Both the position numbers and the translations under genes were made by a program. Under the pieces are notes generated by a model. The model saw only the letters and a list, made by a program, of their open reading frames with translations. It searched no databases and was not told the origin of the DNA. From assembly GCA_034670065.1 (NCBI GenBank), contig JAXMOG010000003.1, positions 226,392 through 290,391 of the forward strand: a DNA stretch of 64,000 nucleotides, given 5' to 3'. This document shows, piece by piece, positions 26,920 through 38,106 of the stretch (positions are counted from its first letter, which is position 1; each line of letters begins with the position of its first letter). The DNA is from Pseudoprimorskyibacter sp. GTDB lineage: Bacteria; Pseudomonadota; Alphaproteobacteria; Rhodobacterales; Rhodobacteraceae.

Positions 26920-27608
26920 GCCGTGGGGCAGCCCTATTGGTTGCCCTGACAATCGGCACTTCGGTCCAGGCGGCACAGCAATGTCGCTTGGCCCTTGCGC
27001 TGGCGTTGGACGTGTCTTCTTCTGTCGATGCCGAGGAATACGTGCTTCAGCGCCAAGGCTTGGCCAAAGCGTTGACAGCGCCAGACGTTATGGCGGCGAT
27101 ACTGGCACCGCGCCAACCACCAATGGCCTTGGCGGTCTACGAATGGAGCGGCCGAAACCAAAGCACTGTGGTGTTGAATTGGACGATCCTGAACACCGCC
27201 GAAGACGTGATGCATGTCGCTGAGATTCTGACAACTGGGGCACGCAGTTTCACCCAGTTCCCAACAGCTATGGGGTTTGCTCTGGGGTTTGGTGCGAATT
27301 TGATGCAAGAGGCACCAACCTGCGACCGACAAGTCATCGACATTTCCGGCGACGGCATCACCAATGACGGGTTTCGCCCCAAACTGGCCTACAAGCACTT
27401 TGAGTTCAATGAAATCACTGTAAATGGGCTGGCTGTTCTGGGTGCCGATGACCGCGTCCTGAACTATTTTCTGAACGAAGTCCGGCACGGGCCCGGCGCG
27501 TTTGTGGAAACCGCCGAAGGCTATGCCGGATTTCACAGCGCAATGGCCCGCAAATTGATGCGCGAGATCAATTCACTGGTGATCGGACAGTTGCCAGCAG
27601 ATCAGTAG
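26886..27608 (+). CDS. DUF1194 (vWA-like) domain protein, secreted
   Basis: Signal peptide ...AALLVALTIGTSVQA, then CRLALALALDVSSSVDAEEY...VIDISGDGITN, typical of DUF1194. The start is uncertain (ATG 26886 or TTG 26913). Confidence 0.7.
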   Translation: MGKHGQYRTLVSRGAALLVALTIGTSVQAAQQCRLALALALDVSSSVDAEEYVLQRQGLAKALTAPDVMAAILAPRQPPMALAVYEWSGRNQSTVVLNWTILNTAEDVMHVAEILTTGARSFTQFPTAMGFALGFGANLMQEAPTCDRQVIDISGDGITNDGFRPKLAYKHFEFNEITVNGLAVLGADDRVLNYFLNEVRHGPGAFVETAEGYAGFHSAMARKLMREINSLVIGQLPADQ

Positions 27609-28099
27609 ATATAGCGTATCTGATCCGTCCAGAACCGTTCAACGCGCCTTAGGGACGTGGTGACCAAATCCAGATCAGAGGCTGAAATATGCCCCTTCTC
27701 CTCCATCACCTTGGATTGGGTGGTGAACAATCCGTCCACTATATCGCGTATGTCCCGCCCCTTTTGTGTCAGACGTACCCGCACAGAACGGCGATCAATT
27801 TCACAACGTTGATGGTGCATATAGCCCAGATCGACCAGCTTTTTCAGGTTATAGCTGACATTGCTGCCCTGATAATAACCGCGGGTCCGAAGCTCCCCGG
27901 CGGTGACTTCATTTTCGCCAATGTTAAACAACAGCAATGCCTGAACGGCGTTAATCTCAATCACGCCAACGCGCTCAAACTCATCCTTGATCACGTCCAA
28001 AAGCAACCGGTGCAATCGTTCTACCAACGAAAGTGCGTCCAGATACTCAGCCGCAAACCCGTGCCGGGTCGGGCGCCCAAGTTGCGCATGTATGCTCAT
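27602..28099 (-). CDS. MarR family transcriptional regulator
   Basis: Winged-helix region NAVQALLLFNIGENEVTAGELRTRGYYQGSNVSYNLKKLVDLGYMHHQRCEIDRRSVRVRLTQKG. Confidence 0.8.
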   Translation of the reverse strand: MSIHAQLGRPTRHGFAAEYLDALSLVERLHRLLLDVIKDEFERVGVIEINAVQALLLFNIGENEVTAGELRTRGYYQGSNVSYNLKKLVDLGYMHHQRCEIDRRSVRVRLTQKGRDIRDIVDGLFTTQSKVMEEKGHISASDLDLVTTSLRRVERFWTDQIRYIY

Positions 28100-28188
28100 A
28101 TCGGTCTCCGCCTTTTATCCTTTGACGGCAACCTCAGAGAAAAAACGAAACATCCGGTTAAGTGTAATGCAGAAGCGTAAAATCCGCG

Positions 28189-28452
28189 CTATTTGGCGGC
28201 AAACGCCGTTTTTGAAATATCGGCAATCACATCCTGCAAGGGGGCTGGCGCGGACGTTTGCCCAGACACCCATTGGTAAAGATCCTGATCATTTTCGGAC
28301 AACAACGCTTCGTATTTGTCCAATTCCTGCTCGGACATCACCGGCAACCGCGTTTCGGCATAGCGCGACAGAATGATATCCATCTCTTTGATTCCTCGAC
28401 GCATCGACCGCATCGACAGACGTTTCAGACGGGTTTCATGTGACTCTGTCAT
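28189..28452 (-). CDS. sdhE: FAD assembly factor SdhE (succinate dehydrogenase assembly factor 2)
   Basis: 87 aa with the RRGIKEMD (RGxxE) motif and the SdhE/DUF339 helix pattern ...YEALLSENDQDLYQWVSGQ. Confidence 0.8.
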   Translation of the reverse strand: MTESHETRLKRLSMRSMRRGIKEMDIILSRYAETRLPVMSEQELDKYEALLSENDQDLYQWVSGQTSAPAPLQDVIADISKTAFAAK

Positions 28453-28465
28453 TCGGTTTGATCCT

Positions 28466-28849
28466 TCAATTTTCTTTCAGGGTCATGCGCAGCTTCTTTT
28501 CCAAACGACCCAGCCGCTCGGCATTCAGCATCATTTGCGCTCGCAAATCGCGCAACTCAGTCAAAAGGTCAATCACTGCGGGCGTCAGTTCAACTTCGGT
28601 ATCCGGTGCATCCAGCCCTTCGCCTTCGCCGTTCAGCAACCACATCATCGAAACATTCAACATGCCCGCCACCATCTGAAGCTTGTTAGCACGAGGTTCA
28701 GACACGTCATTTTCCCAAGACCGGAGCGTTTTAATCTTAATGCCCAGGCGTTTCGCCAAATATTCTTGCGACAAACCAGCGGTTTCCCGCGCGGCAGAAA
28801 GCCGATCACCGAAAGTTGCGGCCTCTGGTCCGTACCAATCGTCGGTCAT
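28466..28849 (-). CDS. XRE-family helix-turn-helix transcriptional regulator
   Basis: FGDRLSAARETAGLSQEYLAKRLGIKIKTLRSWENDVSEPRANKLQMVAGMLNVSMMWLLNG. Confidence 0.8.
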   Translation of the reverse strand: MTDDWYGPEAATFGDRLSAARETAGLSQEYLAKRLGIKIKTLRSWENDVSEPRANKLQMVAGMLNVSMMWLLNGEGEGLDAPDTEVELTPAVIDLLTELRDLRAQMMLNAERLGRLEKKLRMTLKEN

Positions 28850-28897
28850 TGTGCTCTCCTGGGTTGCCTGCTTGATCGTGCGTGACGCGCACCCTAA

Positions 28898-30136
<1,239 letters not shown>

Positions 30137-30165
30137 CACGGGACCAGTTTGAAAAGGATGGCGGT

Positions 30166-30576
30166 ATGAGTGATGAACTACCTGACTATTACTTCCGCGC
30201 CCGTGAAAACGGGGCCGCCGTCTTTAAAGTAGATACCCGAAATCGCCTGCGCCGGATCGACTTTGAGCAGATCGCAGTGGTCAATATCCGCAGTGGCGAA
30301 ATACGACCTCAGGGCGAAACCATATTGTCTGACACCGATATGGCCGAAATCCAGAAATGGGTCGCCCAGCGAAAGCAAATTCTGGTTGAACGCGATGTCG
30401 ATGACATCTTCCGTGCAATGGACCACCTGAACTACGTCAGCCAATGGGCGCAAACCAAAGCCACGCCCGAACAGCTTGAGTCGGTAACCGACCAATTGCT
30501 GATGTCGATGCACGACCTAAGAAACATACTTGTGCGTAAAAAAGCGGATCGTGCGGCCAAATCGGCCTCTGATTGA
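30166..30576 (+). CDS. Hypothetical protein (136 aa)
   Basis: Clean ORF with GC3-rich codon usage and a GGATGG SD-like sequence upstream. No recognisable domain. Confidence 0.5.
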   Translation: MSDELPDYYFRARENGAAVFKVDTRNRLRRIDFEQIAVVNIRSGEIRPQGETILSDTDMAEIQKWVAQRKQILVERDVDDIFRAMDHLNYVSQWAQTKATPEQLESVTDQLLMSMHDLRNILVRKKADRAAKSASD

Positions 30577-30601
30577 CGCCAACCAGCATCTAAAACCCTA
30601 A

Positions 30602-30669
30602 GTTGAACATGCTTTGGACCCATCCAGCACAAAGCACGGACATACCCGTGCCAAAAATGCATGTTCAAC
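30602..30669. repeat. Nested inverted repeat upstream of glgP
   Basis: Perfect 11-bp arms GTTGAACATGC (30602-12) and GCATGTTCAAC (30659-69) enclose a second hairpin GCACGG-ACATAC-CCGTGC (30634-51). Confidence 0.5.
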
Positions 30670-30737
30670 CAACAACCAACGGATGTCGGATTGCGCTGGC
30701 ATCATGTTTTGAGGCAGCTAGATAGGGCGAGCAGACC

Positions 30738-33140
30738 ATGGCAAAGGACAGCTTTATGCCGTCGACGGATTTCAAGACCGACATTCTGAAACATTTAACC
30801 TATACGCTGGGCAAAGACCCGGATCATTCTACGGTGTACGATTGGCGCATGGCGCTATCTTTTGCCGTACGTGATCGGATCGTGGACCGCTGGATGCAGT
30901 CCACTCGGCAAACATACACAGCGGGGGCCAAACGGGTTTACTACCTGTCGATGGAATTCCTGATCGGACGTTTGCTGGAAGATGGCATCGTCAATCTGGA
31001 AATCTCTGACCAGGCCCGCAGCGCGATTGAAAGCTTCGGTCTGAATTATTCCGATGTTTTGCATGACGAACCGGATGCCGCGCTTGGCAATGGTGGCTTG
31101 GGCCGATTGGCCGCTTGCTTCCTTGAATCGCTTTCCTCGCTAGGATGCCCGGCCTATGGCTACGGCATTCGCTACGAGCACGGCCTGTTCCGCCAGTCCT
31201 TTGAGGACGGCAAACAGATGGAATCGCCCGAAACCTGGCTGCATCAACAGCACGCCTGGGAATTTGAGCGCACCGAGGCACGTTTCCTGATGGGCTTTGG
31301 CGGCACGGTGAAAACCAAAGCCGGCAAAGCAATCTGGACACCCGCCGAAACCGTGATCGCCGAAGCCTACGACACGCCGGTAATCGGCTGGCAAGGCCGT
31401 TGGGCGAATACTCTGCGCCTGTGGGCTGGTAAAAGCGTCGAACCGTTTGACCTGACCCGCTTTAACGCAGGTGACTTCACCGCCGCCACCGAAGGCGAGG
31501 CACTGGCACGCACAATCAGCCGTGTTCTGTACCCGGAAGATTCCACCGAAATCGGTAAAGAACTGCGCCTGAAGCAAGAATTCTTCTTCACCGCAGCATC
31601 GGTGCGCGACATCCTGCGTCGCTTCGAAAGCGAATATAGTGATCTGGCCCTTCTTCCACAAAAAGTGGCCATTCAGATGAACGACACCCACCCAGCTATT
31701 GCAGGCCCAGAAATGATCCGCCTGCTGGTAGACGAACGTGGCATGCCGTTTGACCAAGCGATGCAGATCGCTCAGGGCTGTCTGAACTACACAAACCACA
31801 CGTTGCTTCCAGAAGCGCTGGAAAGCTGGGAAGACAGTCTGATGGGCAGCCTGCTGCCACGTCACCTGCAGATCGTCGATCAGATCGACTCGGCCCATGC
31901 CAAAGCACATCCAAAGCGCAAGGTCTCGGCCCACAGCGACGGCAATGTGAAGATGGGCGAACTGTCCTTTATCATGGCCAATCGCGTGAACGGTGTTTCG
32001 GCACTGCACACGGAACTGATGAAGGAAACCGTGTTCAAAGACTTGCACGGCATGCACCCTGAAAAAATCGTCAACGAAACAAATGGTGTGACCCCGCGTC
32101 GCTGGCTGCATTCGTGCAACCCACGCCTGTCCTCCCTGATCACATCGACCATCGGTGATGGTTGGGTCGGTGATCTGGAACAGCTGGAAAAACTGGAACC
32201 ACATGTTGATGATGCTGGCTGGTTGTCTGACTACGCCGCGGTGAAACAGGCCAATAAGACGGACCTGTCCAACTACATCAAATCAGAGCATGGCATCTCC
32301 GTTGATCCAAGCAAGATGTTCGATGTGCAGATCAAACGCATCCACGAATACAAGCGTCAGCACCTGAACATTCTGGAAACCATTGCACTGTGGCAAGAGA
32401 TCAAAGCCAATCCAAAGGCTGATTGGACACCACGGGTCAAGATTTTCGGCGGCAAGGCAGCACCGGGCTATTTCTTTGCCAAGGACATCATCCGCCTGAT
32501 CAACGACGTGGCCGCTGTCATCAATGCAGACGCGGAAACCAACCACGCGCTTCAGGTTGTGTATTTGCCAAACTACAACGTCACGATGGCGGAACGGTTG
32601 ATCCCTGCATCTGACCTGTCGGAACAAATCTCGACCGCCGGTAAAGAAGCCAGCGGCACCGGCAACATGAAGTTTGCCCTGAACGGCGCGCTTACAATTG
32701 GTACGCTAGACGGTGCAAACGTTGAAATCCGCGAGCGCGTCGGGGCAGATAACTTCTTCCTGTTCGGCATGACTGCGGATGAGGTGATGAAGCGTCGCAA
32801 GGTGGCCAAACATGCCGCCAAGGCTGTCGCCGCTGATCCGCGCCTGGCCAAAGCGATCAAAGCGATCGAAACGGGTGTCTTCTCGCCCAAACAGCCAAAG
32901 CGCTATGCCAATATCGTCGAAAATCTGACCGGCGAGGATTACTTCCTTGTGTCGTCCGACTTCACCGATTTCTGGCGCAGCCAACGCGAGGTGGATCAGG
33001 CGTATAAGGATCAGACGAATTGGTTCCGCATGGCCGCGCTGAACACCGCGCGTTCTGGTTGGTTCTCGTCGGATCGCACAATTCGCGGATACATGTCCGA
33101 TATCTGGGGTGCTCAGAGCCTTCTTGATACAAATGCTTGA
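30738..33140 (+). CDS. glgP: Glycogen/maltodextrin phosphorylase
   Basis: 800 aa; LGNGGLGRLAACFLES..., EASGTGNMKFALNGALTIGTLDGANVE (PLP site). Confidence 0.95.
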   Translation: MAKDSFMPSTDFKTDILKHLTYTLGKDPDHSTVYDWRMALSFAVRDRIVDRWMQSTRQTYTAGAKRVYYLSMEFLIGRLLEDGIVNLEISDQARSAIESFGLNYSDVLHDEPDAALGNGGLGRLAACFLESLSSLGCPAYGYGIRYEHGLFRQSFEDGKQMESPETWLHQQHAWEFERTEARFLMGFGGTVKTKAGKAIWTPAETVIAEAYDTPVIGWQGRWANTLRLWAGKSVEPFDLTRFNAGDFTAATEGEALARTISRVLYPEDSTEIGKELRLKQEFFFTAASVRDILRRFESEYSDLALLPQKVAIQMNDTHPAIAGPEMIRLLVDERGMPFDQAMQIAQGCLNYTNHTLLPEALESWEDSLMGSLLPRHLQIVDQIDSAHAKAHPKRKVSAHSDGNVKMGELSFIMANRVNGVSALHTELMKETVFKDLHGMHPEKIVNETNGVTPRRWLHSCNPRLSSLITSTIGDGWVGDLEQLEKLEPHVDDAGWLSDYAAVKQANKTDLSNYIKSEHGISVDPSKMFDVQIKRIHEYKRQHLNILETIALWQEIKANPKADWTPRVKIFGGKAAPGYFFAKDIIRLINDVAAVINADAETNHALQVVYLPNYNVTMAERLIPASDLSEQISTAGKEASGTGNMKFALNGALTIGTLDGANVEIRERVGADNFFLFGMTADEVMKRRKVAKHAAKAVAADPRLAKAIKAIETGVFSPKQPKRYANIVENLTGEDYFLVSSDFTDFWRSQREVDQAYKDQTNWFRMAALNTARSGWFSSDRTIRGYMSDIWGAQSLLDTNA

Positions 33141-33185
33141 ATGACAGCGCGTTTGTTTTAGGCTGGTCTGTGAACGGGGGTGCAC

Positions 33186-35378
33186 ATGGACAAGAACTTG
33201 CCACAACTAGTGGCTGACCCGGATCGTCTTTCCGAGATTATCGAGGGACGTAGCGAAGATCCCTTCGCCATCCTCGGCCCACACAAAGTGGGCCGAGTGC
33301 GCCACGTCACGGCGTTCGACCCAGCCGCTGAAACCATGGCAGCCGAGACTGCGGGAAAAACTCACATCTTGTCCCCTGTTGAAGGCATGACCGGTCTGTT
33401 TCACGGCAAAGTGCCGGGAACCAAGCCATATGTCTTGCAATGTACCGGCATGGGCGGATCGTGGGTTATGGAAGACCCTTATCGTTTTGGCACCGTTCTA
33501 AGCGATATTGACGAATACCTGATCGGCGAAGGCACGCACCAGCGTCTTTGGCATGCTTTGGGTGCACATGTGATGACCCACGAAGGCGTCAACGGCACGC
33601 ATTTCGCGGTCTGGGCACCAAATGCAAAGCGTGTTTCCGTTGTTGGCGACTTCAACGGCTGGGACGGTCGGCGTCACCCGATGCGCCGTCGCGGCGCAAC
33701 CGGCGTATGGGAAGTGTTTCTGCCCAGCATCGGCGAAGGCGCTGCCTACAAATTCGAATGCATGGGTCAGGATGGACAAACCTGGACCAAGGCAGACCCG
33801 GCCGGATTTGGCTCGCAGCATCCACCGGAAACCGCCTCCATCGTTCGCGACATCAGCGGCTACGGATGGTCGGACGAAGATTGGATCCAAACACGGGCCC
33901 AAGCGCATCGCACCGATCAGCCGATTTCGATCTACGAAGTTCACTTGGGATCATGGCGTCGCAAAGATGGCGGGCGTCCAATCTCATACAAGGAAGCTGC
34001 CGAAGAACTGGTGGGATATGCCAAGGATATGGGATTCACCCATATCGAGTTGATGCCCATTTCGGAATTCCCGTTTGATGGTTCTTGGGGATACCAACCT
34101 GTCGGTCTGTACGCCCCCACCATCCGTTTTGGCCCCCCGCATGAATTTCGCGATCTGGTGAACGCCACGCACCGTGCCGGGCTTGGCCTGATCTTGGATT
34201 GGGTTCCCGGCCACTTCCCTTCTGATCCACATGGTTTGGGCCGGTTTGACGGCACTGCGTTGTATGAACATGAAGACCCGCGCGAAGGCTTCCACCAAGA
34301 CTGGAACACACTGATCTACAATTACGGCCGTCGCGAAGTTAAGAACTACCTGATGTCCAATGCGTTGTATTGGCTGGAAGAATACCATGTTGACGGTTTG
34401 CGGGTCGATGCGGTCGCGTCGATGCTGTATCGCGACTATTCCCGCAAGCACGGAGAGTGGGTGCCCAACAAAGACGGCGGGCGCGAAAACTACGAAGCCA
34501 TCGAAACGCTGCGTGACACAAATGTTCTGGCATATGGCGAACAGCCCGGAATCATGACCATTGCCGAAGAAAGCACTGCCTATCCCGGTGTTTCCAGCCC
34601 CGTTCACGATGGTGGGCTTGGATTTGGTTTCAAATGGAACATGGGCTGGATGAACGACACACTGGAATACATGAAGTTCGATCCGATCCATCGCCGTCAT
34701 CATCACGGTCAAATGACCTTTGGCCTGCAATACGCCTTTACCGAAAACTTCATTCTGCCGATCAGCCATGACGAAGTTGTGCATGGCAAAGGTGCCATGC
34801 TGGCGAAAATGCCAGGCAATGAATGGGAAAAGTTCGCCAATCTGCGCGCTTATTACGGGTTTATGTGGGGCCATCCGGGCAAAAAACTTTTGTTCATGGG
34901 ACAGGAATTTGCCCAAGGCCACGAATGGAACCATGACGAAGAACTGGATTGGGGTTGCCTGAGTTCACACGCACATGCCGGTGTCCAAAATCTGGTTCGG
35001 GATCTGAACAAAGTTTATCACGACACACCTGGCCTGCATGCAAAGGATAACTCTGCTGACGGGTTCCAGTGGATTGTCTCAACGGATGCAGACAATTCTG
35101 TCTTTGCTTGGGTCCGACGTGGCAACGAAAACGACCCCGAGGTTGTTGTTGTGTGCAACTTCACACCAATCGAACGACCGGCCTATCGTTTGGGGTTCCC
35201 CCAGATCGGCACTTGGCGCGAAGCACTGAATACAGATGCCGAAATTTATGGCGGTGGTGGCCGTGGGAATTTGGGCCAAGTCACTGCCACACAGGGCGAC
35301 TGGCAAGGTCAGCCCGCAATGGCAGAGATCACCCTGCCCCCTCTATCCACTCTGATATTTGTCAGGGACGCAAAGTAA
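33186..35378 (+). CDS. glgB: 1,4-alpha-glucan branching enzyme
   Basis: GH13 motifs [45 protein letters not shown] 33186 is preferred over GTG 33180. Confidence 0.95.
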   Translation: MDKNLPQLVADPDRLSEIIEGRSEDPFAILGPHKVGRVRHVTAFDPAAETMAAETAGKTHILSPVEGMTGLFHGKVPGTKPYVLQCTGMGGSWVMEDPYRFGTVLSDIDEYLIGEGTHQRLWHALGAHVMTHEGVNGTHFAVWAPNAKRVSVVGDFNGWDGRRHPMRRRGATGVWEVFLPSIGEGAAYKFECMGQDGQTWTKADPAGFGSQHPPETASIVRDISGYGWSDEDWIQTRAQAHRTDQPISIYEVHLGSWRRKDGGRPISYKEAAEELVGYAKDMGFTHIELMPISEFPFDGSWGYQPVGLYAPTIRFGPPHEFRDLVNATHRAGLGLILDWVPGHFPSDPHGLGRFDGTALYEHEDPREGFHQDWNTLIYNYGRREVKNYLMSNALYWLEEYHVDGLRVDAVASMLYRDYSRKHGEWVPNKDGGRENYEAIETLRDTNVLAYGEQPGIMTIAEESTAYPGVSSPVHDGGLGFGFKWNMGWMNDTLEYMKFDPIHRRHHHGQMTFGLQYAFTENFILPISHDEVVHGKGAMLAKMPGNEWEKFANLRAYYGFMWGHPGKKLLFMGQEFAQGHEWNHDEELDWGCLSSHAHAGVQNLVRDLNKVYHDTPGLHAKDNSADGFQWIVSTDADNSVFAWVRRGNENDPEVVVVCNFTPIERPAYRLGFPQIGTWREALNTDAEIYGGGGRGNLGQVTATQGDWQGQPAMAEITLPPLSTLIFVRDAK

Positions 35379-35434
35379 CGAGTTGTAAAAACAACCATTC
35401 GCGTAAACGCGAAAGCTCAAGGGAAGAAACCAGA

Positions 35435-36700
35435 ATGTCACAACAGAACAACCGCTTGGCAAACAGAACCATGGCATTCGTATTGGCCGGGGGACGCGGA
35501 TCGCGCTTGAAAGAGCTGACAGACTCGCGCGTGAAACCTGCGGTGTATTTTGGTGGCAAAACCCGGATCGTCGACTTTGCACTGTCCAACGCGTTGAATT
35601 CCGGCATTCGGAAAATCGCAATTGCCACCCAGTACAAAGCGCACTCTCTGATCCGCCATGTGCAACGTGGCTGGAGTTTCTTTCGCGCGGAACGCAATGA
35701 GTTTCTGGATATTCTGCCTGCGTCGCAAAGATACAATGAAAGCATGTGGTATCGCGGAACAGCCGATGCCGTGGCCCAGAACATCGACATTATCGACAGC
35801 TACGATGTGGACTACGTCCTGATCCTTGCCGGTGATCACATTTACAAAATGGATTACGAGCGGATGATCCAGCACCACGTGAACACGGGGTCTGATGTCA
35901 CCATTGGTTGCCTGACAGTTCCGGTGGACGAAGCCAGCGCCTTTGGCGTGATGGCTGTGGACAACGCTGACCGGATCACCGAATTCCTGGAAAAACCGGC
36001 CCAACCGCCTGCAACGCCGGACGATCCGGATGTGGCGCTGGCCTCGATGGGTATTTACGTCTTCAGATGGTCCTTCCTGCGCGACCTGTTGTTGAAAGAC
36101 ATGGAAGACCCGAACAGCTCTCATGATTTTGGGAATGATCTGATCCCGGAAATCGTAAAACACGGCAAAGCTCAAGCGCACCGTTTCAGCACCAGCTGTG
36201 TCCGCTCGCACCCCGAGGCCCCCGCCTATTGGCGTGATGTCGGCACGATCGATGCGTTCTGGAAGGCCAATCTGGACCTGACCAACTTCACTCCAGAGCT
36301 TGATCTGTGGGATCGGGATTGGCCAATCTGGACCTATTCCGAAGCAGTGCCACCCGCCAAATTTATTCATGACCAACCCGACAGACGCGGTTTGGCGACC
36401 AGCTCTTTGATCGCCGGTGGCTGTATCGTGTCGGGTACAAACATTCGCAAATCCCTGCTCTTCACCGAAGTGCACACCAACTCTTTCGCAACGCTGAATT
36501 CAGCGGTTGTCTTGCCAAGGGTCGAGGTGGCGCGCCATGCCCGCCTGACCAAAGTGGTGATCGACCGCGGCGTTCGTATTCCCGAAGGTTTGGTAGTGGG
36601 GGATGATCCGGAAGAAGACAAAAAGTGGTTCACCGTGTCTGAACACGGTGTCACCTTGATTACTCAAAACATGATAGACAGAAGGGCCGCCGCCTTATGA
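35435..36700 (+). CDS. glgC: Glucose-1-phosphate adenylyltransferase
   Basis: [29 protein letters not shown]...WYRGTADAV. The ORF-track start 35069 overlaps glgB and is rejected. Confidence 0.95.
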   Translation: MSQQNNRLANRTMAFVLAGGRGSRLKELTDSRVKPAVYFGGKTRIVDFALSNALNSGIRKIAIATQYKAHSLIRHVQRGWSFFRAERNEFLDILPASQRYNESMWYRGTADAVAQNIDIIDSYDVDYVLILAGDHIYKMDYERMIQHHVNTGSDVTIGCLTVPVDEASAFGVMAVDNADRITEFLEKPAQPPATPDDPDVALASMGIYVFRWSFLRDLLLKDMEDPNSSHDFGNDLIPEIVKHGKAQAHRFSTSCVRSHPEAPAYWRDVGTIDAFWKANLDLTNFTPELDLWDRDWPIWTYSEAVPPAKFIHDQPDRRGLATSSLIAGGCIVSGTNIRKSLLFTEVHTNSFATLNSAVVLPRVEVARHARLTKVVIDRGVRIPEGLVVGDDPEEDKKWFTVSEHGVTLITQNMIDRRAAAL

Positions 36701-38106
36701 CACGGGTATTGTCCGTCACCTCTGAATGCGTACCTCTGGTAAAAACCGGTGGGCTGGCCGATGTGGCCGGTGCCTTGCCGGGCGCACTTAACCTTGTAGG
36801 CGTGGATATGCGCACCATTCTGCCCGGATACCGGGCGGTTATGTCAGCACAGCCAGACGCCCCGGTGGTTCGCGAATTCAGTGATCTTTTTGGCGGGCCA
36901 GCACGACTGCGCCGCGGCGCACTGGGCGATACAGTTTTATACATTCTGGACGCCCCCCATTTGTTTGACCGGGACGGCACTCTGTACCTTGGCCCTGACG
37001 GCAAAGACTGGGCCGATAATCCTCAGCGCTTTGCCGCGCTAAGCAAAGCCGCCGCCATTATTGGTGCCGAAGGCATCGATGACTGGCAGCCAGAATTGCT
37101 TCACCTGCATGATTGGCAGGCCGCCCTGACACCCGTCTATCTAAAGCAGATGGGCGCCGATCATGTGAAAACGCTGATCACCATCCATAACATCGCGTTT
37201 CAGGGCTTGGCCGACGCCAGCTTGGCAGACGCTATGGAACTGCCCGCTGACGGTTTCCAATCAAACGGATACGAATATTGGGGCAAAGTTTCTGCGCTGA
37301 AAGCAGGTTTGATCTATTCCGATAAACTGTCGACGGTCAGCCCAACCTACGCAGAAGAGCTGATGACCCCCGAATTCGGTATGGGAATGGACGGCATTCT
37401 GCGGGAACGCGCGGCCGATTTCGTTGGCATTCTGAATGGCATCGACGAAGCGCTGTGGGATCCGCCCTACAAAACGCCGCGCGGTAAGGCAAAATTCAAA
37501 ACCGCGCTGAAAGAAGAATTTGGCCTGCCAGACTCAGACGGTCCGCTGTGCGTGGTGATTGCGCGTTTGACCGGGCAAAAAGGCCTTGATCTGTTGCTGG
37601 ATGCCCTTCCCGCCCTTTTGGCACAGGGTGGCCAGCTGATTGTTTTGGGCACTGGCGAAGCCCATCTGGAAGCCGCCTTCCGGCAGTCCTCTGAACGCCA
37701 TGCCAATGTTGCGGTGCACATTGGGTATGACGAGGCGATGTCGCGCCGTATGATGGCCGGTGCAGATGCCATACTTGTGCCGTCACGGTTTGAACCTTGT
37801 GGCCTGACACAATTGTTCGGTCTGCGCTTCGGCACAGTGCCGATCGTGTCGATGACAGGCGGTTTGGCCGATACTATTATCAACGCTTCTGCTGCCGGTT
37901 TGGCAGCTGGGGTTGCCACTGGCATTCAATATCAGCCGGTGACAGAACAAGCGCTGGCCAATGCCCTGACACGGGCCGGACAGCTTTTCCGTCAACCAAA
38001 AATCTGGTCGCGTATGTCGCGCAATGCCATGGCGCACCCTGTGGGGTGGGATGCGTCGGCACGTGCTTACGCCGAATTATATGAATCGATGATAGCCCCC
38101 AAATGA
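36697..38106 (+). CDS. glgA: Glycogen synthase (ADP-glucose type)
   Basis: [25 protein letters not shown], with ATGA overlap with glgC. Confidence 0.95.
   Translation: MTRVLSVTSECVPLVKTGGLADVAGALPGALNLVGVDMRTILPGYRAVMSAQPDAPVVREFSDLFGGPARLRRGALGDTVLYILDAPHLFDRDGTLYLGPDGKDWADNPQRFAALSKAAAIIGAEGIDDWQPELLHLHDWQAALTPVYLKQMGADHVKTLITIHNIAFQGLADASLADAMELPADGFQSNGYEYWGKVSALKAGLIYSDKLSTVSPTYAEELMTPEFGMGMDGILRERAADFVGILNGIDEALWDPPYKTPRGKAKFKTALKEEFGLPDSDGPLCVVIARLTGQKGLDLLLDALPALLAQGGQLIVLGTGEAHLEAAFRQSSERHANVAVHIGYDEAMSRRMMAGADAILVPSRFEPCGLTQLFGLRFGTVPIVSMTGGLADTIINASAAGLAAGVATGIQYQPVTEQALANALTRAGQLFRQPKIWSRMSRNAMAHPVGWDASARAYAELYESMIAPK

Noticed and set aside
35069-35434. N-terminal extensions suggested by the ORF track. 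Examples are glgC from 35069, multiheme cytochrome from 4455, urtA from 11765, lepA to 20747, thyX to 23960, mrp to 49674, metZ to 58160, ribE to 62301, and the VPLPA genes to 22283 and 22903
   Set aside because: The extensions overlap upstream genes or leaders and lack family similarity. Internal starts restore canonical N-termini or signal peptides and sensible SD spacing.
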